From Methylobacter sp. (lineage in GTDB: Bacteria; Pseudomonadota; Gammaproteobacteria; Methylococcales; Methylomonadaceae): a stretch of 64,000 nt of DNA. The notes beneath the pieces were generated by a model that was not told where the DNA came from, did not search any database, and was given only the letters and a program-made list of their open reading frames with translations. The position numbers and the translations under genes were made by a program. Below are positions 1 through 8,858 of this stretch, in pieces (position 1 is the first letter of the stretch; every line of letters starts with the position of its first letter). The DNA lies in contig JAQTQN010000002.1 of assembly GCA_028712225.1 (NCBI GenBank), positions 746 to 64,745 of the forward strand. Reading direction: 5' to 3'.

Positions 1-737
1 CTACAGCATATTTTTATAGCGAAACCGGGTTGGGCATTACTGCCGAGATTGATGGAAAAAAACTCATTCTAGGTAATAAAGCGTGGTTGGTTGAGCAAGG
101 CATCAAGGTTGATGGCTTGTTAACTATTGCAAACAAGTTTTCCGGGGAAGGCAAAACGCCTGTTTACATGGCTATAGACGGCAAAGAGGCCGCTGTGTTT
201 GGTGTCGCCGATAAGCCCAGGCCGCAGGCCGCTCAAGCTATTCAGCGATTACAGAAGTTGGGTGTACAAACTTTAATGGTAACTGGGGATACTGAAAAAA
301 CGGCACTTTATATCGCTGCAAAAGTCGGTATTGAAACGGTTATCGCTAACGCCAAACCAGAACAAAAATTGGCCATCATTCATCAATTTCAATCGGAAGG
401 GAAAAAGGTAGGCATGATCGGCGACGGTATTAATGATGCGCCCGCTTTGGCGGCTGCAGATGTCGGCTTTGCAATCGGGACGGGTACTGACGTGGCGATA
501 GAATCTGCTGATATGACGCTGGTACATGGCGACATCAATAAAGTAACAGAGGCCATTCAATTAAGCACAGATACGATCAAAATTATTAAACAAAATCTAT
601 TTTGGGCCTTTGGTTATAACACCATCGCGATTCCTGTGGCTGCACTGGGTAAGCTGAACCCGATGATTGCCTCGGCTGCAATGGCGTTAAGCTCGGTATC
701 TGTCATTGTTAACTCACTACGATTAAATAAGGCATAA
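1..737 (+). CDS. P1B-type heavy-metal (Cu-type) translocating ATPase, C-terminal part; the 5' end lies upstream of the window
   Basis: The frame is open from base 3, and the track start at 30 is an in-frame TTG. MVTGD and GDGINDAPALAAADVG hinge motifs plus two C-terminal TM helices are typical of CopA/CcoI-type pumps. Confidence 0.9.
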   Translation, partial: TAYFYSETGLGITAEIDGKKLILGNKAWLVEQGIKVDGLLTIANKFSGEGKTPVYMAIDGKEAAVFGVADKPRPQAAQAIQRLQKLGVQTLMVTGDTEKTALYIAAKVGIETVIANAKPEQKLAIIHQFQSEGKKVGMIGDGINDAPALAAADVGFAIGTGTDVAIESADMTLVHGDINKVTEAIQLSTDTIKIIKQNLFWAFGYNTIAIPVAALGKLNPMIASAAMALSSVSVIVNSLRLNKA

Positions 738-742
738 AACGC

Positions 743-1564
743 ATGGATCATTCAACGATGGATCACAGTGTGCATGTTATGGCTGCAGCTGGTGGCTTTG
801 ATTATAGTTTGGCGTTTATGGCAGGCGTATTGGGCAGTGGTCATTGTTTAGGTATGTGCGGGGCATTAGTGTCCGGCTATTTTATGAATTCAGGCGTCAC
901 TAAAAGTTATTTGCCTTACTTGTTTTATCAATTTGCCAGGATATTTGTTTATACCATGGTGGGTTTTGCGGCGGCAGCACTTGGGTTTGTGTTGGTCTCT
1001 AGCGGTATTTTTGGCAAAGTACAAAGTATTTTGCAAATGTTTATCGGTACCGTGGTCATCTTTCTGGCGCTTGGGATTTTGGGATGGATACCTTTTCAGG
1101 GATCCATTAGATTATTGCCAATGAACTTACTGCGCAGAGGTTATTCAGCATCCCGAACGAAAGGCCCGCTTTTAGGCGCAAGCATTGCGGGATTGTTGAA
1201 TGGTTTGATGCCTTGTCCATTGACGTTTGCTATGGCGGTCAAAGCAACATCGGCGGCTACCATTTTAGATGGCGGATTGTTAATGCTGACTTTTGGTGCC
1301 GGAACTTTACCGACAATGCTCTTAGTGAGTGTTGCTTTTGGCAAAATGAGCGCCAATTTTAGAGGTTTAATGCTGAAGCTTGCGGCATTAATTATGATAG
1401 TAATGGGTAGCAATACTATTTATATGGGAATGTCGTTTTATGTGGCTGAAAATTTCCAGCATCATAATTTTATCCACGACATAAAAAACGAGATTGATAC
1501 TGTGATTAAGTTTTTGGTGCAAATGCTTGAATATTACACAGGATTAATTGGCAATATCGGCTAA
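743..1564 (+). CDS. Polytopic membrane protein, TauE/SafE- or UreH-like (DsbD_2-type) with an N-terminal GHCLGMCG motif
   Basis: 273 aa with about 6 TM segments. The GHCxxMCG motif and the position 6 nt after a metal ATPase resemble metal-handling membrane proteins that often follow such pumps. Confidence 0.55.
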   Translation: MDHSTMDHSVHVMAAAGGFDYSLAFMAGVLGSGHCLGMCGALVSGYFMNSGVTKSYLPYLFYQFARIFVYTMVGFAAAALGFVLVSSGIFGKVQSILQMFIGTVVIFLALGILGWIPFQGSIRLLPMNLLRRGYSASRTKGPLLGASIAGLLNGLMPCPLTFAMAVKATSAATILDGGLLMLTFGAGTLPTMLLVSVAFGKMSANFRGLMLKLAALIMIVMGSNTIYMGMSFYVAENFQHHNFIHDIKNEIDTVIKFLVQMLEYYTGLIGNIG

Positions 1565-2323
1565 TGCAGGTCGGCATAGTCTCTATGCAAAAGCAGCTTC
1601 GTTTTAGTGATGGTTAGAGACCGGTAAATATACAGTTAAGCAGGTGAAAGTCCTGGGAGCTAAGCTGCGCGAAGTAAAGATTTTAGCCCACAGGAGCCAT
1701 AGAGCAAGTGTTTTCACGAAGCCGATTTTTCCACAATGAATCAATGCTATTCCAGTAGATGCAAACTGCTTGTGCATTAAAAACATAGAGATAATGATTA
1801 AAACTTGGCAGGTTTTGACGTTCTTTTATAGTTTTTGGATTGTGGCTCTTAGTTAGTCAACATGCTTAGTGGGCTTTATTAAACGAAAACAAGAAAAATA
1901 ACCTCATGTTCTTGCTATTCATACATTGGCTTGAATCAGCTTTAGCCTAAAGCCCTCAATCAGTTTTCCAGAGCAAAACTTGTTTGTAACGATCAATCAT
2001 TCTGTTCGTCTAAAAATCTAGTGAAATTTCAGATGCTCGTTCGTTTCTTTCTGCTAGAATTTTCATTCGCCATATTACTCTTTTTGCACAATCCGCTGCA
2101 TAGCCCGCTTCTTAAAAATGTCCACACACTACACATTCGACAAAATAGTCGAATTAATTCGCCCCAAAAAAGATAAGGCTTGGTTTGCTGCGCCCCCTGT
2201 TTGCGGGTGGGTATAAATCCCGTCGCACTTTTATGAATAGGTCGATATTACGGTCGCCATTTCACAGTATGCCCCGAACAAATAGCCATCATCTCAAGCC
2301 ATAGAACGGCAATAAAAATAGAT

Positions 2324-2776
2324 ATGAAAATTCGCGTTATTATAAAAAAACTATCAAATCCTCGCGTCAGAAGACGATTAAAAATTGGTCTGTCGGTTTG
2401 GGGTGGTGTGATTCTAATCGGCCTGACATTTAAGCTTGGCTATGATATTGGTCGCTTTGACGCGCAGTCACTTAAAAATGATAAAAACGCCGAGTTATCC
2501 ACCATTGCTCCTCCGGCGCTGACGATGGAATCCGCTCAACGTATTGTTTCTGGCGCGCTAAAAGAAGATCCTCTCAACCCAAAAACAATTGTGGATCAGA
2601 TTATTGATGGTAATTACAAGCTTTCAACCATCGTTATAAAGAGTAATGATATTAAAAAAATCGCATGGATTATAGATATGCGTTTGTTTTTTAAGGACGA
2701 TCTATTTAATGACGAAGGCTATAACTTAACCGAAGGTATGGAGCAGCAACACAATATCATTCGTGTTGAGCAATGA
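2324..2776 (+). CDS. Hypothetical membrane-anchored protein
   Basis: 150-aa ORF with a basic N-terminus followed by one TM helix. No recognisable motif. Confidence 0.4.
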   Translation: MKIRVIIKKLSNPRVRRRLKIGLSVWGGVILIGLTFKLGYDIGRFDAQSLKNDKNAELSTIAPPALTMESAQRIVSGALKEDPLNPKTIVDQIIDGNYKLSTIVIKSNDIKKIAWIIDMRLFFKDDLFNDEGYNLTEGMEQQHNIIRVEQ

Positions 2777-2943
2777 TTGCTCTTAACGGGACTAGTGGGG
2801 GGCACACCCACAAAACATCAACCAAGCTCGACACTCTCTCAATTCATTACGCGTAATATTTGGGACGATTTAGCGATAATCACATCAACAGGACCTGGCT
2901 AATGCTCGTTGCGAACTTATAAACAGGGATTACGTTAGTTGCC

Positions 2944-3942
2944 TTACAAACGACCACTAACGACAACATGGGTGTTTAATGTGAGGGGGGCGCCCTCCGC
3001 TGGGGCAATGGTTAGGGTAATATCTACTAACACACTGGTTACATTACCGGGGATTATTCTTTCAACACGAAATTGGCTGACATTCTCTGCGATGACGTAT
3101 TCGGTATAACTGGCGCCGTTGGCCGGTAAAATCGTCGGTAGCCGCTCCATCAGTGTCGTGCCATTCAGGTAGAAAACATGCGGGTCGAGCCAATCTTCAC
3201 CAGTAATGTTGTCTTCGTCGTCATCATTAACCGGATTTTCATCGATTTGGCTATCGAAATCATCATCAATGCCGCTGATACCGGCTTTGCCATCTCCAGT
3301 CATATCTTGATCAAGGTCTTCATCAGTACTGCCGTCGGCATCATCATCAAGCCCATTAATAATGTCTTCATTCTGTTGCCCGTCTTCATCATTATCAGTG
3401 GCAGATGATTCATCGATAAGGCCATCACCATCGTCATCGATACCGATAATTCCCGATGCTGCATCGTTAGTGTTGTCTTTATTCACATCTTCATCGATAC
3501 GTTCCGGTTCACCGGTATCCCGGCTGCCGTTATTGTTAATATCCAAAAAATCCATGTCATTATTGGCATCAGCCCAGCCATCTTTGTTGTTATCCAAAGT
3601 TATTTCGAGACTTACGGCTAACACGTTGCGTACGGATTCAGACCAGGCTGTAGTGGCGTTTTCGTTTAAAGGTAGCATTAGCATTTTTGACTGTTGTACA
3701 GCATTGACCATGCGCTCCATAGCAAAGCGTGCTTGTTGCAGGTTGTCGTGCTGAGCTTTAGTAACTAATTGCGCAGTAAGTGCGGTATTGACCACGCCGC
3801 TAATTGTCACTATTAACATGGCGGCAATAGTTAAAGCGATGAGTGTTTCCAGCAGGGTAAAGCCTTGTTGATTGATTGGCTTGGGGCCGGATTGTCGAAG
3901 CATGAACGAAATCAACTCGTTTTGTATTGGTTTGTGATTCAT
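2944..3942 (-). CDS. GspJ/PilW-like minor pseudopilin with a large acidic Asp-rich (Ca-binding-like) insertion
   Basis: Prepilin N-methylation motif QQG|FTLLETLIALTIAAML. A conserved ARFAMERM segment as in GspJ-type proteins. Residues about 117-252 are D/N/G-rich DxDxDG-type repeats. Confidence 0.75.
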   Translation of the reverse strand: MNHKPIQNELISFMLRQSGPKPINQQGFTLLETLIALTIAAMLIVTISGVVNTALTAQLVTKAQHDNLQQARFAMERMVNAVQQSKMLMLPLNENATTAWSESVRNVLAVSLEITLDNNKDGWADANNDMDFLDINNNGSRDTGEPERIDEDVNKDNTNDAASGIIGIDDDGDGLIDESSATDNDEDGQQNEDIINGLDDDADGSTDEDLDQDMTGDGKAGISGIDDDFDSQIDENPVNDDDEDNITGEDWLDPHVFYLNGTTLMERLPTILPANGASYTEYVIAENVSQFRVERIIPGNVTSVLVDITLTIAPAEGAPLTLNTHVVVSGRL

Positions 3943-4400
3943 CGGCTGATTAGTGTTTCTAAGGCTTGCCGGGTGCCTTCAGTTTCTACTCGCAGCCAAA
4001 GTAAAGTGGCTGTTGAGCCTGTATAGGGATCGTTATCATTATCGGTATTGGCATCAGTTACAGTAAACGGAGTGGTATCGCCATCATACAAAGACAAATA
4101 CACCAGACTGCGATTGCTAGTACCAGCCGCATCGGAATAAGTGCTGATTGTCGTGTTATTTCCAGCGTCTTTAGCAGCGACTAACAGGTTGATAAACGTT
4201 TCGGATTGCAAACGCTCCATTTTGTTAACACGCAGATAGTGTTGGGTGGTCAGCGATTGATGGATATTGGCACTAAGCAAGCCGGTGCTTAAGGAATCCA
4301 GTGCGGGAACTAAGGCGATGCTGATAAGCATGGCAGCAACCAACACTTCGATATAAGAGAAGCCTTGTTGTCTGAAATCAGAAAGCGTGGGGGAGGGCAC
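3939..4400 (-). CDS. GspI-like minor pseudopilin
   Basis: Prepilin motif QQG|FSYIEVLVAAMLISIAL. 153 aa. 4-nt overlap with the downstream pseudopilin gene. Confidence 0.7.
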   Translation of the reverse strand: MPSPTLSDFRQQGFSYIEVLVAAMLISIALVPALDSLSTGLLSANIHQSLTTQHYLRVNKMERLQSETFINLLVAAKDAGNNTTISTYSDAAGTSNRSLVYLSLYDGDTTPFTVTDANTDNDNDPYTGSTATLLWLRVETEGTRQALETLISR

Positions 4401-4406
4401 AGTTGT

Positions 4407-4967
4407 TTACTGGATAGTTACGCGGCCTGTCATCGGCGCAATGGACAGAATTCGTTGCTGATTTTTATAAGCCAAAGTAATGGTGGCGCTGGTGAGCATA
4501 TAGTCTCTACCAGAATTGTTGAACTTCGGTACGCCATTAGTGTTGAAAGCCAGCAAGGATGTACTGCTGAAACCACCGCTAAAAGCAAAGCTGACACTGA
4601 CCAAACTAACGTCGGCAGTGCGGCTGTCTGCATTTAATGCAATGGTATATAACTTTTTATCGATGGGATGGTAAACGGTGTAAGTTGGGGTTGCTGCAGG
4701 CAGGCTATAAACACGTAATTGGTTGTTTGCGGTGTCTGCATTGATGCCGTGAGGGATGTTGGTTTTGATCGCTTCGGCCCTGGCAAAACGAAGAGCAGAG
4801 GCAAATTCTTCGGCGGCGGTATCGAGTTTACTGAAGTCAGCAGATAAGTCGGGTACCGCCACAGCAGCGACGATACCCAGGATGATTATCACGATCATTA
4901 TCTCGATAAAGCTAAAACCGGCTTGGCGCATTACAGATTTTGCGGGTAAGTCAAAAACCGGCGGCAA
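4407..4967 (-). CDS. GspH/FimT-like minor pseudopilin
   Basis: Prepilin motif QAG|FSFIEIMIVIIILGIVAA followed by the LDTAAEEFASALRFARAEAIK segment typical of the GspH/FimT family. Confidence 0.75.
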   Translation of the reverse strand: MPPVFDLPAKSVMRQAGFSFIEIMIVIIILGIVAAVAVPDLSADFSKLDTAAEEFASALRFARAEAIKTNIPHGINADTANNQLRVYSLPAATPTYTVYHPIDKKLYTIALNADSRTADVSLVSVSFAFSGGFSSTSLLAFNTNGVPKFNNSGRDYMLTSATITLAYKNQQRILSIAPMTGRVTIQ

Positions 4968-4969
4968 TC

Positions 4970-5536
4970 TTAATATTTATCGTAACCAAGGCCACTGCTG
5001 TCGAGAGTGGTATTGTTAATGATGATTTTTCCGGTTTTATTATCGTATTTCCAACCGCCTGTTGTACCGTCGCCAACCATAGCCAGATTACCGGCTGTCA
5101 CTATAGTCACTGTGGATACATTGGTAATAGGATCGGCCGGTATCGTGGGATTTTTCAGGTATGGGCCAAATTTATAAGTAGCATCACTGGTCGAGCAAGC
5201 TTTACCATCTGCCCCACTATATAAGCCTAGTTGATCCTGAAGAGCTGCTTGAGTATCAGCTGCTCCGGTACCTGCTGTACCACTGTTTGGACAAGTGGCA
5301 CCGGAGGAGGCGACTGCGGCGGGATATTTTCCGTGTTGCTGATAGTACAAATCAATCGCTGAACGTAAATTAGAGAGCGTGCTCTTGGCCGCAGATAATT
5401 TGGCATCATCGGTTGACGAGGCAAATTGCGGCACCACAATTGCTGCCAGAATCGCCAAAATAATGACCACAATTAACAGTTCCACTAATGTGAAACCCTT
5501 AATAGCATGTCGCTTAATAGTAAAACTGGATTGCAT
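4970..5536 (-). CDS. GspG-like major (pseudo)pilin
   Basis: Motif IKG|FTLVELLIVVIILAILAAIVVPQF is near-identical to the T2SS GspG N-terminus. It is the first pilin gene after the platform gene. At 188 aa it is larger than a canonical GspG. Confidence 0.8.
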   Translation of the reverse strand: MQSSFTIKRHAIKGFTLVELLIVVIILAILAAIVVPQFASSTDDAKLSAAKSTLSNLRSAIDLYYQQHGKYPAAVASSGATCPNSGTAGTGAADTQAALQDQLGLYSGADGKACSTSDATYKFGPYLKNPTIPADPITNVSTVTIVTAGNLAMVGDGTTGGWKYDNKTGKIIINNTTLDSSGLGYDKY

Positions 5537-5607
5537 TATTTTCCCCTCTAGCTTTTAAAATCATTTTTATGTTGCATGTAAATTATTGTACTGGGATTTA
5601 GCAAAAT

Positions 5608-6720
5608 TTAGTGAACTGCATGCGATAGTTTGAAAATCGGTAAGATTAACGAACTCACCAAAATTCCCACTACTGCGCCCATAACCAACAACATTACCGG
5701 CTCAATGGCCTTGGTAACTAACTTTAGCAGCTTCTCTAAATCCTGCTGGAAATAGTCTGCGATACGTTCACTAACCATCGACAGGTTTCCAGTGGCTTCG
5801 CCCGTGCTAATCATTTGCTGCACTATCGGCGGAATAAATGTTGAGTTATTGAAGCCATGCGCAAGCGTACGTCCTTGGGTGACATTATTAAGCAAGCCAT
5901 CAATGAATGCATTGAAGCCCAGATTTTTTACGACCCCTTTAGCCAAGCCAAGTGCATCCACCAAATTAACGCCATTTTTTAAAGACAACGACAAAATACG
6001 CATGGTTTGGATTAAATAAATCTTGATGAAAATATTTTTTAAAACGGGAGCATGTAGCTTGAGATGATCGGCTATGTGCTGCCCTTGGCTACTGTGCAGC
6101 CAAGCTGTCATAAGGCCAATTATTCCTGTTATGCCTGGCAACAGCAGCCACCAGTAATTCGTAATAAGTTTACTGGTGGACATCAAAAAAATCGTCGTGA
6201 TCGGCAGTTGATCTTGAATGGACGTAAACAAATCGCCGAATTTAGGGAACACCACGGCAAGTATAAAAACGACCATACCAAACGAGAACAACATCAAAAA
6301 CGCCGGGTAGGAAATAGCAGAAAGCACTGTACTGGTGAGTGTTTCGCGTTGTTTTTCCATTTGCACCAGATGTTCGAGAATTCGCCTGATATAACCGCCG
6401 CTTTCGCTGGCAGCAATCAAACTGACGTAGGTCGTTGAAAATATTTCCGGATGATCAGCCATCGCCGAAGAAAAGGTTTTACCTTCGCTGATGGCATCGC
6501 TTAAGTCACTAATTACTTTTTTTAACGTCGCATTTTCTGTTTGCTTAGCCAGCACGGTAAGGCTAGTGTGCAAATCACTGCCGGTTTCCAACATCATGGC
6601 TAATTGTTCTATAAAAAACATGCGATCTTTGTTGGCTACTTTTTTACTCGTAGAGGACGATAAAGTGAATGACCGCGCTGCTTTGACCCGAGGATTGGTG
6701 ATATTTGTTTGCAGTGCCAT
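5608..6720 (-). CDS. GspF/PilC-family inner-membrane platform protein
   Basis: 370 aa with two T2SSF-type repeats (FSSAMADHPEIF... and FNNSTFIPPIVQQMISTGEATGNL) and three TM segments. Confidence 0.9.
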   Translation of the reverse strand: MALQTNITNPRVKAARSFTLSSSTSKKVANKDRMFFIEQLAMMLETGSDLHTSLTVLAKQTENATLKKVISDLSDAISEGKTFSSAMADHPEIFSTTYVSLIAASESGGYIRRILEHLVQMEKQRETLTSTVLSAISYPAFLMLFSFGMVVFILAVVFPKFGDLFTSIQDQLPITTIFLMSTSKLITNYWWLLLPGITGIIGLMTAWLHSSQGQHIADHLKLHAPVLKNIFIKIYLIQTMRILSLSLKNGVNLVDALGLAKGVVKNLGFNAFIDGLLNNVTQGRTLAHGFNNSTFIPPIVQQMISTGEATGNLSMVSERIADYFQQDLEKLLKLVTKAIEPVMLLVMGAVVGILVSSLILPIFKLSHAVH

Positions 6721-6749
6721 ATTATCTTCTTAGCGAAAAGTGCTTGCTC

Positions 6750-8801
6750 TTATTCATAGGAAACAACTCGCGAAACTTCTTCTATGGTGGTTTTGCCTTG
6801 TAAAACGCGTTCCATTCCATCGTCGAACAACGTTTTCATGCCGGTAAGTTTGACATAATTGGCTAGTTCATCCTGAGACGGGCTGGTGACCATTAATTTT
6901 TGCAGTCCTGAATTTACGTTAAGTATTTCGTGGGTTGCCATACGGCCTTTATAACCGGAATCGTAGCAAATCGGGCAACCCCGTCCTTTTAACAATCGAA
7001 CCTGGCCTTTGTCTTGCCAGCCATATTTGTTGATTTCTTCGGGGCCCGCTACGTAGCTGGTTTTACATTCCTGGCAAATTGTCCGCACCAAGCGCTGGGC
7101 AATAACGCCGATCAATGATGACGACAGTAAATAAGGTTCGACACCCATTTCTATTAATCTGGCGATCGCTCCGGTACTTTCGTTGGTATGTAACGTGGAC
7201 AGTACCAAATGTCCGGTCAGTGCGGCTTGTACGGCGATTTCGGCGGTTTCCTTTTCTCTGATTTCCCCGATCATGACAATATCGGGATCTTGCCTGAGCA
7301 CATGTTTTAAGATTTTGGCGAAGGTTAAGCCGATCATGTCCTTGACTTGGTTTTGGTTGACTATATCTACCTGATATTCAACCGGGTCTTCGATGGTTAC
7401 GATACTTTTTTCAATGGAATTCAGGTAGTTGATGGCGGCGTAAAGTGTGGTGGTTTTGCCGCTGCCTGTTGGGCCGGTAACTAATATCAAACCATGACTA
7501 CGTTTAAGTAATCTGATGAAAGAGGCCTGATTTTCAAGACTCATGTCCAATTTATCAATATCTAATAAACTTTTGTTTTTATCGAGGACGCGGAGCACGA
7601 TTTTTTCGCCGAAGATGCCTGGCAAGGAACTAAATCGTAAATCCACCACGCGGCCTTGGGTATTGACTTGAATACGTCCGTCTTGAGGCAGCCGACGCTC
7701 GGAAATATCTAAGTTGGCCATAACTTTAAGTCTTGAAATCAGCGCCGGATACATATCTATCGACGGATTCATTACTTCGTAAAGAACCCCGTCAATGCGA
7801 AAGCGAATGCGGCTTTTTTTTCGGGCCGGTTCGATATGAATATCGCTGGCGCCATCACGAATAGCTCGTTGAATCAGCGCATTAATCAGATTGATGACCG
7901 GGCTGCCGCTGGATAGTTCATCGATAGTGGCATAGTCTTCGGAAATTTGGCTGGCAACTACTTCAAAGTCTTCTTCCAAATCGCTTAAATAATCGGCGAC
8001 ATTAAGATTGTCGGCGCTGGAGGAATCATTAAATTGACGAACAATATCTTCGTTTTTTGCCAGTACCGGCTTGATGGCTAAACCGGTGCGATGTTTTATT
8101 TCATCAAGCGCCCTTAGATCTTGAGGATCGCTGGTGGCAATAAATAAACGTTTGTTAACTTTAAATAAGGGCAACACCTTAAGACGCTGGCAAATGTCTT
8201 TATCAATCAACTTAACAGTGCTGGGATCCCAAAGTCCTTGCCGCAAGTAAATATAAGGAATGCCTAGCTGTTTGCCGAGTACTTTTAATAAGTCTATTTC
8301 CGAGACCCAGCCTTTTTCTATTAGGATGGCTCCCAAGCGCTTGCCGGTTGAGCTTTGTAATTGGTAGGCCTTGTCGATCTTGTCCAAAGTCACCAGGTTT
8401 TCAGCAACTAACATGTCACCGAGTCGTTGATGTTGCAGAGGGACTGAGGTCGGCTGCAAGGGGGTGGCTGCACCCAAATTGTCACGGTTTACTATATGGA
8501 TATATTTGATCACCTCGGTGATGTTAAACACGTCCAAAATAATGGCATTGGCGTTAACAATAGTTAGCGTACCGCCTTTTTCCAATAACAAGGTACGCCA
8601 ATTTAACAGCAAATCTAAGACCTGGCTGCTGACTGTGGGGACATGGACAAAATCAATAATCAGCCTGGTTTCACTTGCCGCTATACAGTTTTCTACGGCA
8701 GTTTCCAGTGCCTTCAGGATGAGCGTATCAGCCAATGAGCCGGAAGGTGCCAGATAAGTGTCTATGCCGATACGGCTGCGGGTAATTTCAGGCATGGACA
8801 A
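6750..8801 (-). CDS. GspE/MshE-family secretion/pilus ATPase with an N-terminal STAS-like domain and an MshEN (c-di-GMP-binding type) domain
   Basis: Walker A GPTGSGKTT, Asp/His boxes and a C-terminal CxxC...CPxC tetracysteine. Residues 126-178 carry two tandem RLGxx(L/I/V)2xxG(L/I/V)2xxxxLxxxLxxQ-type motifs. Residues 1-105 resemble SpoIIAA/STAS. Confidence 0.9.
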   Translation of the reverse strand: MSMPEITRSRIGIDTYLAPSGSLADTLILKALETAVENCIAASETRLIIDFVHVPTVSSQVLDLLLNWRTLLLEKGGTLTIVNANAIILDVFNITEVIKYIHIVNRDNLGAATPLQPTSVPLQHQRLGDMLVAENLVTLDKIDKAYQLQSSTGKRLGAILIEKGWVSEIDLLKVLGKQLGIPYIYLRQGLWDPSTVKLIDKDICQRLKVLPLFKVNKRLFIATSDPQDLRALDEIKHRTGLAIKPVLAKNEDIVRQFNDSSSADNLNVADYLSDLEEDFEVVASQISEDYATIDELSSGSPVINLINALIQRAIRDGASDIHIEPARKKSRIRFRIDGVLYEVMNPSIDMYPALISRLKVMANLDISERRLPQDGRIQVNTQGRVVDLRFSSLPGIFGEKIVLRVLDKNKSLLDIDKLDMSLENQASFIRLLKRSHGLILVTGPTGSGKTTTLYAAINYLNSIEKSIVTIEDPVEYQVDIVNQNQVKDMIGLTFAKILKHVLRQDPDIVMIGEIREKETAEIAVQAALTGHLVLSTLHTNESTGAIARLIEMGVEPYLLSSSLIGVIAQRLVRTICQECKTSYVAGPEEINKYGWQDKGQVRLLKGRGCPICYDSGYKGRMATHEILNVNSGLQKLMVTSPSQDELANYVKLTGMKTLFDDGMERVLQGKTTIEEVSRVVSYE

Positions 8802-8858
8802 TATCGTTTACGGGGAGTTGGTTATTACGAAGTTGATACATTAGACGAATGCTTAGGA

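Noticed and set aside
3178-3754. Plus-strand ORFs 3178-3408 and 3362-3754 (Ser/Ile-rich)
   Set aside because: They are mirror images of the GAT/GAC-rich acidic repeat of the minus-strand pseudopilin, so they are low-complexity artefacts.
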